Source: Cirrosporium novae-zelandiae
Lineage: Eukaryota
Reading direction: 5' to 3'
NCBI GenBank assembly: GCA_026023565.1
Contig: JAPETS010000027.1
Coordinates: forward strand, 434,001-456,740
Length of the DNA stretch: 22,740 nucleotides
The position numbers and the translations under genes are program-made. The notes beneath the pieces are model-generated. The model saw only the letters and a program-made list of their open reading frames with translations, searched no databases and was not told where the DNA came from. How positions within the stretch are numbered: position 1 is the first letter of the stretch; each line of letters opens with the position of its first letter. This document shows positions 8,062 to 19,557 of this stretch, piece by piece.

Positions 8062-11000
8062 ATGGATGATCTCTCGGGTCTAGACTGGACCTCTACCTCT
8101 GGTACCAATAGGAACAAGCCACTAACTCCCGTCAACGGCCCATCCAATTACCCTTCCTTGAGACCTACTCCTCCAATATCAGGTCGATCAACACCTCTTT
8201 CTACATATCAAGGCGGACAGTTCAAGCCAACTCCACCCATAGCTTCAAAGACATCTACCCCTGCGAACGATAGCTTCTCTAACTTGGTCTCTTTTGGTGG
8301 AGGAAATCCAAACAAGAACTTGACATTGCAGGAACAACAGAAGAGGCTCTTGGAAGAGAAGGCTAGGAAGGAAGCTGAGCGTAGAAAGGTTGCCGCAGCA
8401 GACGCGCAATTCTGGGATAATCTAGGGAATAGAGGGCAGGCTCCGAATCCACCATCTATTTCACCACCTACATACTCTAACTCGAGCGCATATGGAAGCC
8501 AGACGTTGTCCAATTCCATAAACAAACCTTTTCAAGCAATAAAACAAACAGATAGATCACGCTCTCGGACGGCGGCTTCAGAAGAAGAAGACCTGTTTGC
8601 AGCTTTCAATAAGGATGCACCTGTAGATGCTTCTACCAACTTCCCTATCCCGCAGGAAAATGATAACAATGGCTTTACAAATGTTGATCATACAAGCTCA
8701 GCCCAGGGGAAACAGCGGAATGCGAGGGATACAGGACACATAAACGCTGGCGGTGGTCTAATGGGTGACGATGATGACCCATTTGGGCTTGGTAGGATCC
8801 CTACCAGATCTACTCCCCAGGACTTGAAAAATAATGAACCCGGTGATGATGATGTCCTTGGGCTTTTAAGCAAGCCTGTATCAGAGTTTGCTCGTCAAAA
8901 ATCGCCTGCAGCTCCTGTTCCTGACAGGGAGCCTGAGCCAACAGGAACTAGTCCTAAGGATCGTGCATTAGCTGAATTGGTAGATATGGGATTCCCAGCG
9001 GAAAGAGCATCAGTTGCGTTGGAAAGTACCGAAACCGGAACCGATGTTCAAGCAGCCGTGGGCTTCCTTCTCACTCAGGCTCATGCTGAGTCCAGACAAA
9101 AAGCTGGAGTTTCCGAGGACCACGCTTCAACGAGTAGATCTCGGCGAACCGATAGTTCTCACCGCCATAGACAGGAAGATCCATCAATGCCTACGTGGAT
9201 GAGACAAGAGGGACGTTCTGATTCACGGAGACGCCAGGACAGCAATTCCCCTGCCACAGCAGAAAAGGATGCTGCTCAATATGCCGCAGAAATTGGACAG
9301 AATCTTTTCAAGACCGCCAATTCATTATGGAAAACAGGAACAAAGAAAATGCAACAAGCCGTTGCCGAACTCCAACACGCCGAGAGTGATCCAAATCAAC
9401 CCAAATGGATGCGAGATGCAGCCTTTGACGAACCTCGCACAAGAGGTGAACGGTCGAGTTCCGCCGCTGGAAGGGGAGAAGAGCGGGGTCGACGGCGGGG
9501 ACCTGCTGATCAAAAGACATCCGCTTCTAGCCGCGATGCCAAGATGACCGATGAAGCCATGATGTTGGAAGCAGGTGGCTCTCGTCCACAACCGCGGAAG
9601 CCTGTTCAGCACAGGGAACCCTCAATGTCCGCTCCGACAGATTCTAGAAGAATTCATACTCCGGTTCTACCCGATCGTTCTAGGCAGCAGCCTTCTTCAG
9701 CCTTCAACGACCTGTCTAGGCCGGATTCCTTTCATTCGACTCCCAAGGGAAAAATCAGCAAACAGTTGGTTGAAGAGCAAACGGCCCAGGCCTACGTTAG
9801 CCCAGCACGCCGAAGGAAACCACCAAAGCCAGTGCCTGCGAAAACCGAAACAAATCTCTTGGAAAATTCCAATATCCCACCTCAACAAGCTAAACGTCCT
9901 CAGCCATCCTCAAACAGTCAACCACCAACCAGCTCACGCCCAAAACCAGCCGTAGCCCAATTTTCCGTGAAGGCGAAGATTCCTCCTCGAAATGTTCCTC
10001 CTGTTTCTGCTTCATCACTTGCGGCTTCTGCAGCCCAGCGACAAAAAGGAACAGATTCATTCAAACGGGGTGACTATCCAGCCGCCCATATCTCTTACAC
10101 CAATGCATTAAGCCCTCTTCCAGACCAACACCCTATCTCAATCATTGTTCTTTGCAACAGATCTCTGACTTCTCTAAAAATCGGTGAACCCAAAGCTGCT
10201 ATCGCTGACGCCGACTCGGCAATTGCTATTATCGGTTCTTCAAAAGGCGAAGGGGAAAGTATTAGTCTTGGGGCTAATGAACCTGCAAAAGAGATGCGGG
10301 AATTCTATGGCAAGGCCCTGATGAGGAAAGCAGAAGCTCTAGAACATATGGAAAAGTGGGTGGACGCCGCAAAGGTCTGGCGCGAGGCAGTAGAAGCAGG
10401 GCATGGCGGCAGCACTAGCATCCAAGGCCGTAATAGATGTGAGAAAGCTGCAGGTATCGCCCCACAACCCGCCAAATCTGCGCCTCGAAGGCCTACCCCA
10501 CCCAAAAAGGTTGTCCCTACTAAAACTTCTGCGCTCGATGAATTGTCTGGGAGATCAACGCCTGCCGCAGTATCATCAGGGGCAGCGGTGAGTCGTCTCA
10601 GAGAAGCCAATGCAGCAGCTGAACGGGCAGACAACGAAAAATTTGCCTTGATGGATCAGGTGGATGCCAAAATAGCTGAGTGGAGAAATGGCAAGCAAGA
10701 TAACCTCAGAGCATTACTGGGTAGTCTTGATACGATTCTCTGGCCTGAGGCAGGATGGAAGAAGGTTGGTATGAGCGAGCTCATCATCCCTGGAAGGGTG
10801 AAGGTGGTCTACATGAAGGGTATCGCAAAGGTTCACCCTGACAAAGTTAGTATTCTATTCGTTGGTATATGATATATTCTCTAACATTTATATTCTAGAT
10901 ATCAACCAATGCTACGACTGAACAGAGGATGATCAGTGGAGCTGTTTTTAGTACATTGAATGAGGCCTGGGACAAATTTAAGAAAGAGAACGGCCTATAA
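8062..11000 (+). CDS. SWA2: Auxilin-like clathrin-uncoating co-chaperone (Swa2/Ucp7 type): disordered N-terminus, UBA, TPR and C-terminal J-domain; 2 exons, about 961 aa
   Basis: ATG at 8062 (MDDLSGLDW); exons 8062-10845 and 10899-11000; intron 10846-10898 (GTTAGT...CTAAC...TAG). UBA domain: DRALAELVDMGFPAERASVAL...QAAVGFLL. TPR: RQKGTDSFKRGDYPAAHISYTNAL...NRSL...KALMRKAEALEHMEKW. Auxilin-type J-domain: GKQDNLRALLGSLDTILW...VKVVYMKGIAKVHPDK|ISTNATTEQRMISGAVFSTLNEAWDKF. The N-terminus carries DPF/DLF-type adaptor motifs. Confidence 0.93.
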
Positions 11001-12488
11001 ATTCCCAACCGGTTTACACAGAGATACCATTCATCTAATTTCCTCATATCCTCTCCTGCATATATCTCAGCCACTTTTATCCCACGCTTACTGAGGTAGA
11101 CCTTTTACCGTCTTGAAGGCATAGAACACTTGGTCAGGCTGGGGGAATCTATTAGTCCCTTCATCCTTGAACAATAAAGTCGCCTTGCCTTTCTTGTCTG
11201 TACTATTGTATGCTGATTATTAGACTCAAGCTGAAAGTATGCTATTGCTTTTTCAGTTGTGACTTGTATGACCTCTCACATTTGCGGAAAAGTTACAGAT
11301 ACACATAGACAGGCCGAGACCTAAGGCTTATCCAGCCTAGTATCGCTCAAACATAGAAAGTGGTAGTTTCTAAACCCTGACTGCAGCCACGACAACTCTT
11401 TCAAGGTACTTTGCTAAAGTGACAATACTTGGCTTTAAATTTGAACTTCTCCCACTATCAGATTATTGTTATGTTCTCGGGTTAATGAAAGGACAATCTG
11501 GCCCGGCTTCCATCCTAGTAGACGGTGGAGAAATATCCAAGTCAGAAGAGGCGAGTACTGATGGTTCCTGGTTCTGAAGAATGGGGTTTTCCTACTTGGG
11601 TGATATCTAATTCAGTACGTCCATATGAAATAGACTATTCAATGTTCCCAATAACACATTGAAAGCACTAGAACAAGTTAATCATCGATTAGTTGAGCAT
11701 AGAAGCAAGCAAAGAGCATGACTGGCGACCAATTTACTCGATACTCGTATATTCCAGTCTTCTAAACGACCGTAATTATTCTTTCCCGTGGTACCAACCA
11801 TTATCTTTCCGAAGATAATCCCGCTAATTATTTGCGTTCATCCCCGTTCTCCGTGCGTAGTGCTCGAACTATTTTTCTATAGATATTAACTTGTAATAAT
11901 TATCTCATCTTGCTTCTCTCTGTCTTAGAAACGTTTATTGTTTTAGCACAGTAACAAGGATATATTATAAGCGTCCCGTAGAAATAAGGAATAATGGTTA
12001 AGGATATTTAATCTTAAGCAATGCCCGTTTCCGGTAATGCCATGATACCTCATGAAAATAGTTTCCGATTTAATATCTTATCACTCATCCAGCATTAGTA
12101 GATCAAATTCAGGACATATTTGGAGACCTTTCTCCCTAACTAGGTACGTTACTCGAGTCGAACACACTAAGTAACCTTAACGGAATATGATCAGCTAAGC
12201 AAAAACGGTTTTATATTGTTCTAGAGCTACCAAGATCAAATTTAGATATCATTAAGTCTCTCGTTTCGCCTTCAAATGAATGGTATTTCCCTAACCTTCC
12301 GTCTATCTCTTCAAAACATAGAGCAATGAATGTGTACAGAGTATATAAACAAAACTACAAACTTGACGATAATTCTATAATCTCTAATTATTCCCTGGAA
12401 CCAATTCCACTGCTCTCCCTAGACCGTATATGCGTACTCCCTATTGCTACATTCATTGCTCATGGGGCCGTCACCGACAAAGCACCGA

Positions 12489-12905
12489 CTCCGCGAGTGT
12501 GTGGGCCCCTGTTACCTCGCTACAGAACCTCCGCACCTCCGCAACTCCTACGGGAGGCCGGCGTGGGTGCGGGTATTTTATGGGTCAACGTATTTGTTTC
12601 AGTTGGGAGGGCTCCAGTGTTACCCCATACAGCAGGCAAGCAAATTATTTAAGGAGTGACTTAAACTAATTATGGCCCCCCAGTAACTACTCCGTAATTA
12701 TTCGTTGTACAAAAAAATATCTTTGGTCGGAGGGTTAATAATGAGACCACCCCCCGTGCGCTATTTTCCACCATCACCCACCGCCTTTATCTCCGCCCTT
12801 GACGCCCACAATTATGTTCTGGCCCTTCTTCGCTCTGGCCACGTCATCTCTCCGCTCTCAAAAAGAAGACATTTCAGGGTGATTATATACATATATATAT
12901 ATACA
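12489..12905. promoter_or_regulatory. GC-rich upstream element with clustered CTCCGC (SYGGRG on the minus strand; CreA/Mig1 consensus) sites, a CCACGTCA bZIP-like site and a TA-rich TATA-like tract
   Basis: CTCCGC at 12489, 12529, 12537, 12791 and 12850; CTCCAG at 12612; CCCCAG at 12678; CCACGTCA at 12839; TATATA tract at about 12885-12903. Function is inferred from consensus matches only. Confidence 0.35.
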
Positions 12906-13479
12906 AAGTAGTAATGAATGGTATTGTTATTAGATCTTGCGGAAGATTGAAAGAAGATATATAGAGGTTAGCTGGCTAATAAGGAAGAGAAAAAAAGTAC
13001 ATGCTTATCGATCCAATGAAGGCAGGCTCACATTCTTTTATAGGTTTGGAATGGAATGATGATCCCTTTCTATGGGCAATTACTGTTTTTCTCTTGTTAC
13101 ACAATCCGTCGTGCCGCTATCGATTAACGGATCCTACCCGCCGCAATTCATTAAAGTGAAAAGATCTGAATGTAAATAAAGATTCCTTACTTTATTGTTA
13201 TGTCTATCTATAACTGTTGTTTTCTATTTTGCTTCGTACCTCTACCCATTCTTCGTCTATCCGTTTGATTCTCGCTAGTGAGGCCAAGGCAGCCTTGAAA
13301 ATAAGGCATGGAATTATAGTTCGTCCACAAAATGATTTGGGCTTAGTGCTTCCCCAGATTTTCCAAGTTTTTGGTGTTATTTACGTAACCGGCCCGAAAT
13401 CAAAAAAAAAAACTAAAGAGCTCCTCCAATGACTCTGAAATCCTGAAATCCTCATTGTTCTCGTCTTTTCATCATCCTT

Positions 13480-13523
13480 CTCCTCCTCTACTCTTCCTCT
13501 ACTCTTCCTCTACTCCTCCTCTA
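13480..13523. repeat. Pyrimidine-rich tandem repeat (CTCYTCCTCTA)x4
   Basis: Four 11-bp units forming a CT-rich tract about 95 bp upstream of the PQ-loop gene ATG. Such tracts are typical of fungal transcription-start regions. Confidence 0.85.
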
Positions 13524-13616
13524 TTTTTCCATGTTTATACAATACAAATAGAAAATTTCATCTGTTGCTTCATCGGTTGAAGTGACTTGGATGGTTAATA
13601 TTTCTCTTCGGACACA

Positions 13617-14807
13617 ATGTTTCCTCCATCGCAAACTACAAGTCTCGATATTGAAGCTCTCAGTGGAATCTGTGGGTGAGTCAATTGCCATTGTGGTTTA
13701 CCGAATTTTCCATTAATACCAGTGCTCTTTAGATCCATATCAATTGCATGCTGGGTCGTCGTCTTCTCGCCACAAATCATCGAAAATTTCCGTCGGAACT
13801 CTGCCGATGGCCTTTCCTTACTTTTTATTATTGTCTGGCTGGCCGGAGATGTATTTAATATTCTTGGCGCAGTCCTTCAGGGTGTCTTGCCTACAATGGT
13901 GATATTAGCAGTGTACTATACATTTGCAGATATCGTCCTTCTAGCACAATGCTTTTACTATCGCGGTTTTACTTTATCCGATGTTCCAAAGGAGATGCCC
14001 AAAGATGACTTGGAGGCCGAACCGGGAGATGAATCCCCTTTACTCTTCAATGATCACTGTACAATGACGTATGGCCACCACGAACGGCCCTCGACTATTT
14101 CTCAACGACGACACTCTGCTTCTTCCTTCCGTGAACGACTACTTAGCGTTGACGGCACTCACCTTTCCCCGGCCACTCCACTTATTGAGTCCCAAAAACC
14201 AAATCAGGTACCTCCAGCCGTACAATCACTTCGTCAGACATCGACTTTACAAGCAATCCTTTTCAACACATTCTCCATAATACTCGTGTGCCTTGCTGGT
14301 GCCTTTGGTTGGTGGGTAAGCTCCCGTACTTCGCGACACGGACACCACGGCGGAAATACAAAAAAGGAACAAAGTACACTAGAATTTGATCTGTGGGGCC
14401 AAATTTTCGGATATTTCTGTGCGGCACTATACCTCGGTAGTCGAATCCCCCAAATCCTGCTCAACTATCGACGAAAGAGTACTGAGGGTGTGTCGCTACT
14501 CTTCTTCTTGTTCGCTTGCATTGGAAATCTGACCTATGTTCTAAGTATCTTTGCATACTCCCCTGTTTGTGAGGACAATTATCACTGCGAGCCTGGTGAG
14601 GCATCCAGCATCTATGGCCAATATATACTCGTCAATTTGTCGTGGATCTTGGGTAGCTTTGGAACATTATTATTAGATTTGTGCATATTTGGACAATTCT
14701 TCCTATATAGAGAATCTGATCCTGACGATAGTGACTATGAAGAGGCGATTGTGGACGAGGAAGCAAATGGCTTTGGGACCAATGGGAATGGGGAGGCCTC
14801 TCGATGA
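13617..14807 (+). CDS. YPQ1: Vacuolar PQ-loop cationic amino-acid transporter (Ypq1/Rtc2/PQLC2 family), 2 exons, about 377 aa
   Basis: Exons 13617-13675 (MFPPSQTTSLDIEALSGICG) and 13733-14807; intron 13676-13732 (GTGAGT...TAG). Two PQ loops: WVVVFSPQIIENFRRNSADGLSLLF and YLGSRIPQILLNYRRKSTEGVSLLFF. About seven hydrophobic helices, an acidic dileucine sorting signal DESPLL, and a C-terminal WILGSFGTLLLDLCIFGQF. Confidence 0.92.
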
Positions 14808-17043
14808 TCAATCACGACGACAATGACAATGATGATGATGAAATAAAGAATGTCTTCCATCACCCAAAGCGTGGAAGATATGTTCGCCAAAGTCAAGAAA
14901 GAACTTTTACGTGTCCACACCTGTGAATAAATGGCAAAAGAGGGTATCGAGTTAGGTATCAAAAATTGGTGCGGCTACAAGATCCCTGTGACCCTGACTC
15001 ATTGATGTCCTAAGGGACTTATGGAAGGGGTATCGATCTTTAGAGGCCCTAAAGAAAATTTATTGGGGGAAAAGCATGAGGGTTTCTTGGAATTATTTGG
15101 AGTTATAATGCGCAATATAGCAACGGAGGTTCGACGGAAACCTTACCTTGAGGGATACATCCTAATTGTCAAGACATGAATGTTCATCTTTCGATGTGAA
15201 GTCCAAATGATTACGTCACGATTTGGAAACTGGACAGCGCCATATCACAGTCTGCCATGGGTGTTGTAGTACATGATGGCATTGAACCGCTTTCCGGAGA
15301 TTAATAAGGTTACTTATATATGGCGAAAATATGACAAAATATATATGGAGATTTTGAAGTGGGCATCGAGATTCTTCTCCCATCTTGATGTTAGGTCTCG
15401 ACCAATTAACTGAATGAGGTTCTCTCCTGGTTTGATATTAAACTGGATTGGATTTAATTAGTGCCGTTCGATGCTCGAGGATCCTCGGCCTTCCGCTATA
15501 GTATCTACATAAACAACCGTTTGGCATAAACATATGACAATGTTGGCATACTCTACCAAAATTTCACTGTTGACTGAAACCGATTAGGGAAATAATGACT
15601 ACACCTTGATAATCTGTGCAAGTTTTAATGTGAGGATTAGATCTATCATAATACTTACAGGAGGCTGATTTTCTGCTGGGTAACTTTGATTTTTTCTTGC
15701 AATATTTGCTATACTAACTTGAGCTTCGGCTTATAGGACTCTAGATATAGTAATTCGATCCTTGGATTGCTTTTCTGGTATCTACCGACATCTAATAATG
15801 CATGATGGATCATGATAAAATCAAACGGCTTCGATGTTGCAGCTCTGAGCTTATAAAATATCCGCCGACGCAAGACGAAAACTCTCAGAAACCGACGTCG
15901 TCCCTTGCCAACAAGGTTAGCTGAGTCACAGACACCTGCATACTGCCTGATCCAATCATTAACATGTTTAGTTTCAGCTCCATTCATTCATTCCTCTCAT
16001 TGATCTGACCAAAAACCCCAAGTATATATACCCCCTCCCCCCCTACCATTTCCCCTCTCAGCCCATTCATCCATTACACACCAAACACCCCTGACCCTCT
16101 TAGCCATTCCTAGGCCTACTTACTACTCGCCACAATCAAATGTAGAACCGCAACACCCATAGTCCTCTAGAACAAGAACAAAAACAGGCACGACAACACG
16201 ACCGTAGACGCCTCACCCAACCCCATCACAATCCCAGCTAGACCTCCCATAACAAGATGCATCAGCAGTCCTCCAGGAAGAAGGCTTGCTTCACTTTACA
16301 TATCCCATTTCCATCCTCCTTGTTACGATTTCTTCGTGCAAAACTTGACTGCATACTACCAGACTTTCAACCAACGGACAGAGGAGGACCTCGAACCACT
16401 AGAAAAGGAATAAGACCCAAGCGATGCTGGAAGAGAGACAAGGGTCAAAGGTGCAGCTGAAGTTGAAGCTTTCCACCATAATGAACAAAAGCCCTACCAG
16501 ATTTAGCCTAAAGCGCACCAGCAAGAAACCAATGATTTAAAACCTCACAACCCGCTAACCGAAATGTTAAAAAATAGCAAACCGAAACATCTGTAAGGAA
16601 ACGCGATGGAAGTCTACGAAAATATTACTCGCAATGAGGACAGAGATAGATAACAGAGTTGCAGGGCGCAGTAGGAGCAACAATGAAACAGGATGGTAGC
16701 GATTTCAAGGGTCGACTGAAAAGCGACTTATAGGCAACCGCAATAGTTTACGGCAAAACGATGACAGCAGTGCTACAGAATAAAGGGGACTTGGGGAGAA
16801 AGAAAAGGAAACAAAAAGATTTCTCGAAATATAAATTGATAAACAAGTTTCCCCAGCTTTCCGAGAAAAAAACAACAACAATAAAGTCATATTAATTATC
16901 TTTCAGTTGGGAAAGGGGGGGATAGGATATTTTGTCAACGAAAGAAGGCGCCAAGGGAATGTGTGTGAGGTTTTTGATTCATTGACGATATGGTTTACTA
17001 CATCAATAGATAGATAGACAAAGAAGTAAGATATAAATATCCT

Positions 17044-18768
17044 TTAGAACCCCAAAGCCTCATTAGCGGCCCTCCTGATTCTTCTCTGGCCCTCTGTAAT
17101 CCCATTCCCACCATCCCCGATCTCAAACCCCACCAATCCAAATAGCCTTCTCCCTTGCTCACTTAGAATATGGGCTGAGGTTCCTCTATCTGCGTGTTTG
17201 CCTTCTACCACGAGCAGCTGTTCATCCTGCTGATCTACTACTCTTTGTCCATCTTGCCTCCTACCACCCTGCCCACCTTCCTCCATCACCTTCCCACCCT
17301 CCTCCACAATCTGCCCATCCCGCCCATCCCGCCCACCCTCCGCCAGCACCACCCCCCTAGCCGCCGCCGGCATATCCGGGGGATTCCCCCCTTCCAAAAA
17401 CGCCTTCCTCTGCTCCACCAGATTCCCAATATTATACCTACAAAGCGGAACCACAGGAAGATACATAACCGAAGAGTCCTCATTCCCAGCATGGATATCC
17501 TCGACTTGGTGCACCATATCACAATGCCAGAACACGTATGTGCCCGGCGGGGCCTCAGGCACCGAGAGCATGGTGCGTGGGAGCTGGAGGTGGGGGTGCC
17601 AGGTTTCAGTTAGGATCTGGCCCTGGCCGGGGGATGCGCCGTGAAAATACGAGGAAGTGACATCGAGGGTGTTTGAGGGGGTGAAAAAGGGACGGAGGAG
17701 GAGATATGCAGTTGTGAGACGGAGGGACGGGATTAGCTGGAGGGTTCCCCTTCCGGGTCCGTTGTTGGAGAGGGAAAGCCAGCCCTGCAGGCTGCGGAAT
17801 GCGGAGCAGGATCCGGGTCCCCCGTGTAAGTCGATGGTTGCGTCGGCGCGATAGGTCATGTCCCAGGGGTCGTAGGATTCCCAGTTTCCTTCCCAGATGG
17901 GAGTGAAGACTTGGCTGTAGAGGGGGTCTTCCCAGCGCTCGATGGAGCCGTTGTCCAGGTGGGGTGGCAGGAGGGTGTAGGTGGTTCCTGGGGGGCGGAT
18001 GCGGAAGCGATCGGCGTAGAGGGCTTGGTTTTCTAGGTCGATTTCTACGATTGGGGTATTGGTGGTGGTGGTGGTGGTTGTGGGGGTGGGGAGGGTGTAG
18101 AGTTTGCTCATGGCGGTTTGGGCGGCTAGCATGGAAGGGTGGGTTCGGGCTTCGATTTGGGGGGGCGTCCAGAAGGCGCTCCAGATTTGTGGGTGGGAGG
18201 GGGGGAAGCCTTGGATGTCGGGGTGGTGGGTGAGGTAGGTTTGGAGGGTGTGCTTCCAGGTTAGGGCTTGGGATGGGGGAACGACGTTGCGGATGGCGAC
18301 GCAGCCGCGTTGTTTGATTAGGTTGGCGATCTCTGGGGGGAAGGTTCCTGTTGTGGGGGAGATGGTGTTGAAGTCTACGGTGGGGATGTACTGGGTTTGT
18401 TTTGTTAGTTGGGTTGTTTTACCATTTTTGGGGGGGGGGTGGGTTGATTAGGAGAGGAGAGGAGATAATACATCCGATCCAGCAGCTTCAATCACTTCAA
18501 CTTCTTTCTCTAAAGCATCCAGAAGACGAAACCAGCTCGCCGTGACAGCCTCATAGTTTTCAGGTCGCACTAGACGTTTCTTCACCTCTACATATCGTGG
18601 GTCCAGTGGGGGTGGAAGGTCCCCCTCTCCACTAGCCCAAGTGGACTTATCACCAACCATTTTTTTGAGGCGGGGTTTTCGAGCTTGATCATAGCTCTCG
18701 GGGGAGAAGTCGGAGGAGGGGGAGGGGGATAGGCGGGGTAAGGGAGTTGCCTCTACAGCTGCTGCCAT
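17044..18768 (-). CDS. DUF1479 (YbiU/Gig2-like) non-heme Fe oxygenase-fold protein, 2 exons, about 547 aa
   Basis: Exons 18768-18472 and 18390-17044; intron 18471-18391 (GTATTA...ACTAAC...CAG), in frame. Motifs: LDPRYVEVKKRL...SWFRLL, GSD|YIPTVDF, IKQRGCVAIRNVVP, FWTPPQIEARTHPSM, YADRFRIRPPG, PPHLDNGSIERWEDP (HxD), CSAFRSLQGWLSLS, AYLLLRPFF, VFWHCDMVHQVE (distal His) and SSVMYLP. Confidence 0.9.
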
Positions 18769-19557
18769 TGTGTATGTCTGTCTGTCTCTGAAATCAATAA
18801 TTAAAAGTGGTTTGGTTAGGTTAGGGGTTGTGGTAATGACGATGATGTCTCCTCAATTGATCAATTAATTAATTACTTGAGAGACAGAAAATAGAATTGA
18901 GATTAATTGATTAGTGAGAGAGGCGATGAGAGTAGTAGATATGAGAGAGCTCATTAGGTTTGTTAATTTCGTCATGTATCTAGGTATATATCTACTTGTG
19001 GATTTATATATTGGGGATCGAAGAGGGGTCGGCGAATAGCGAGATGCAGAGGCTGGAGAGATGGAGCGATGCGATACGATGCTGTGATGCAGCTCGAGGA
19101 GTACATACATAGACTACATACATGCCTAGGTACCTAGGTAGGTACAATACTGTACTTTGTAGATAATCTTTGCTGGGGTTGCGTTGTTTTCCGCACTGTA
19201 GATAGGCAGGATAGTCTACTTGAGATCTTCTAAGCCGATGTGGTTAGGGCCTTCTCGGCGTCGCCGCTGAGCTACAAACCCCCAAACACCTTGGCTCTTC
19301 GGGGCTCCCTCAATGCCAATTCTAATCAACCCCTACAACACACACCTACACATACATATCCTAGAGATCTAATTATCTTATCACAATTAATCCTGTCCTC
19401 CAACATCCAACACATCAACATGTTACAATCTCATCCACCTCATTTGGCATCCCTGATAAGGATGGCTACACATAATACTCTCCCGAAACCTCTCGTGGTT
19501 TATCTATTTCGTACCTTTCCAATTTTCAACCCATTTCAATCTTTCTCATAATTAATC
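18769..19557. promoter_or_regulatory. Bidirectional promoter shared by the DUF1479 and UNC-93-like genes
   Basis: 789 bp separate the two divergent ATGs. There is a TATATAAAT on the minus strand near 19002-19010. Composition is mirror-imaged: G-rich towards the minus-strand gene and C-rich towards the plus-strand gene. Confidence 0.7.

Noticed and set aside
8056..10872. ORF-track 938-aa protein with a TTG start and a VSILFVGI end
   Set aside because: The true start is the ATG at 8062. The tail is read-through into intron 10846-10898, and the spliced exon completes the J-domain.
12420..12660. RNase P/MRP RNA, SRP RNA or TPP riboswitch in the GC-rich island
   Set aside because: I could not find the conserved core motifs (P4 helix halves, SRP helix-8 motif, TPP CUGAGA and GAUAAU...AGCG elements) on either strand by eye.
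437..14807. GTR1, SWA2 and YPQ1 as a vacuole/TORC1 functional gene cluster
   Set aside because: They share a loose endomembrane theme but are ordinary housekeeping genes separated by kilobases. Adjacency alone is no evidence of co-regulation.
18195..18210. Suspected frameshift in the G run of DUF1479 exon 2
   Set aside because: The run has 7 G, and the distance from the acceptor (18390) to the downstream ORF (18132) is 258 nt, a multiple of 3. The frame is intact (GFPPSHPQIW).
17194..18451. Plus-strand ORFs (139, 65, 89 and 67 aa) antisense to the DUF1479 gene, and similar shadow ORFs over GTR1, URC4, SWA2 and YPQ1
   Set aside because: They are low-complexity translations produced by the codon skew of the real gene on the other strand or frame and carry no recognisable motifs.
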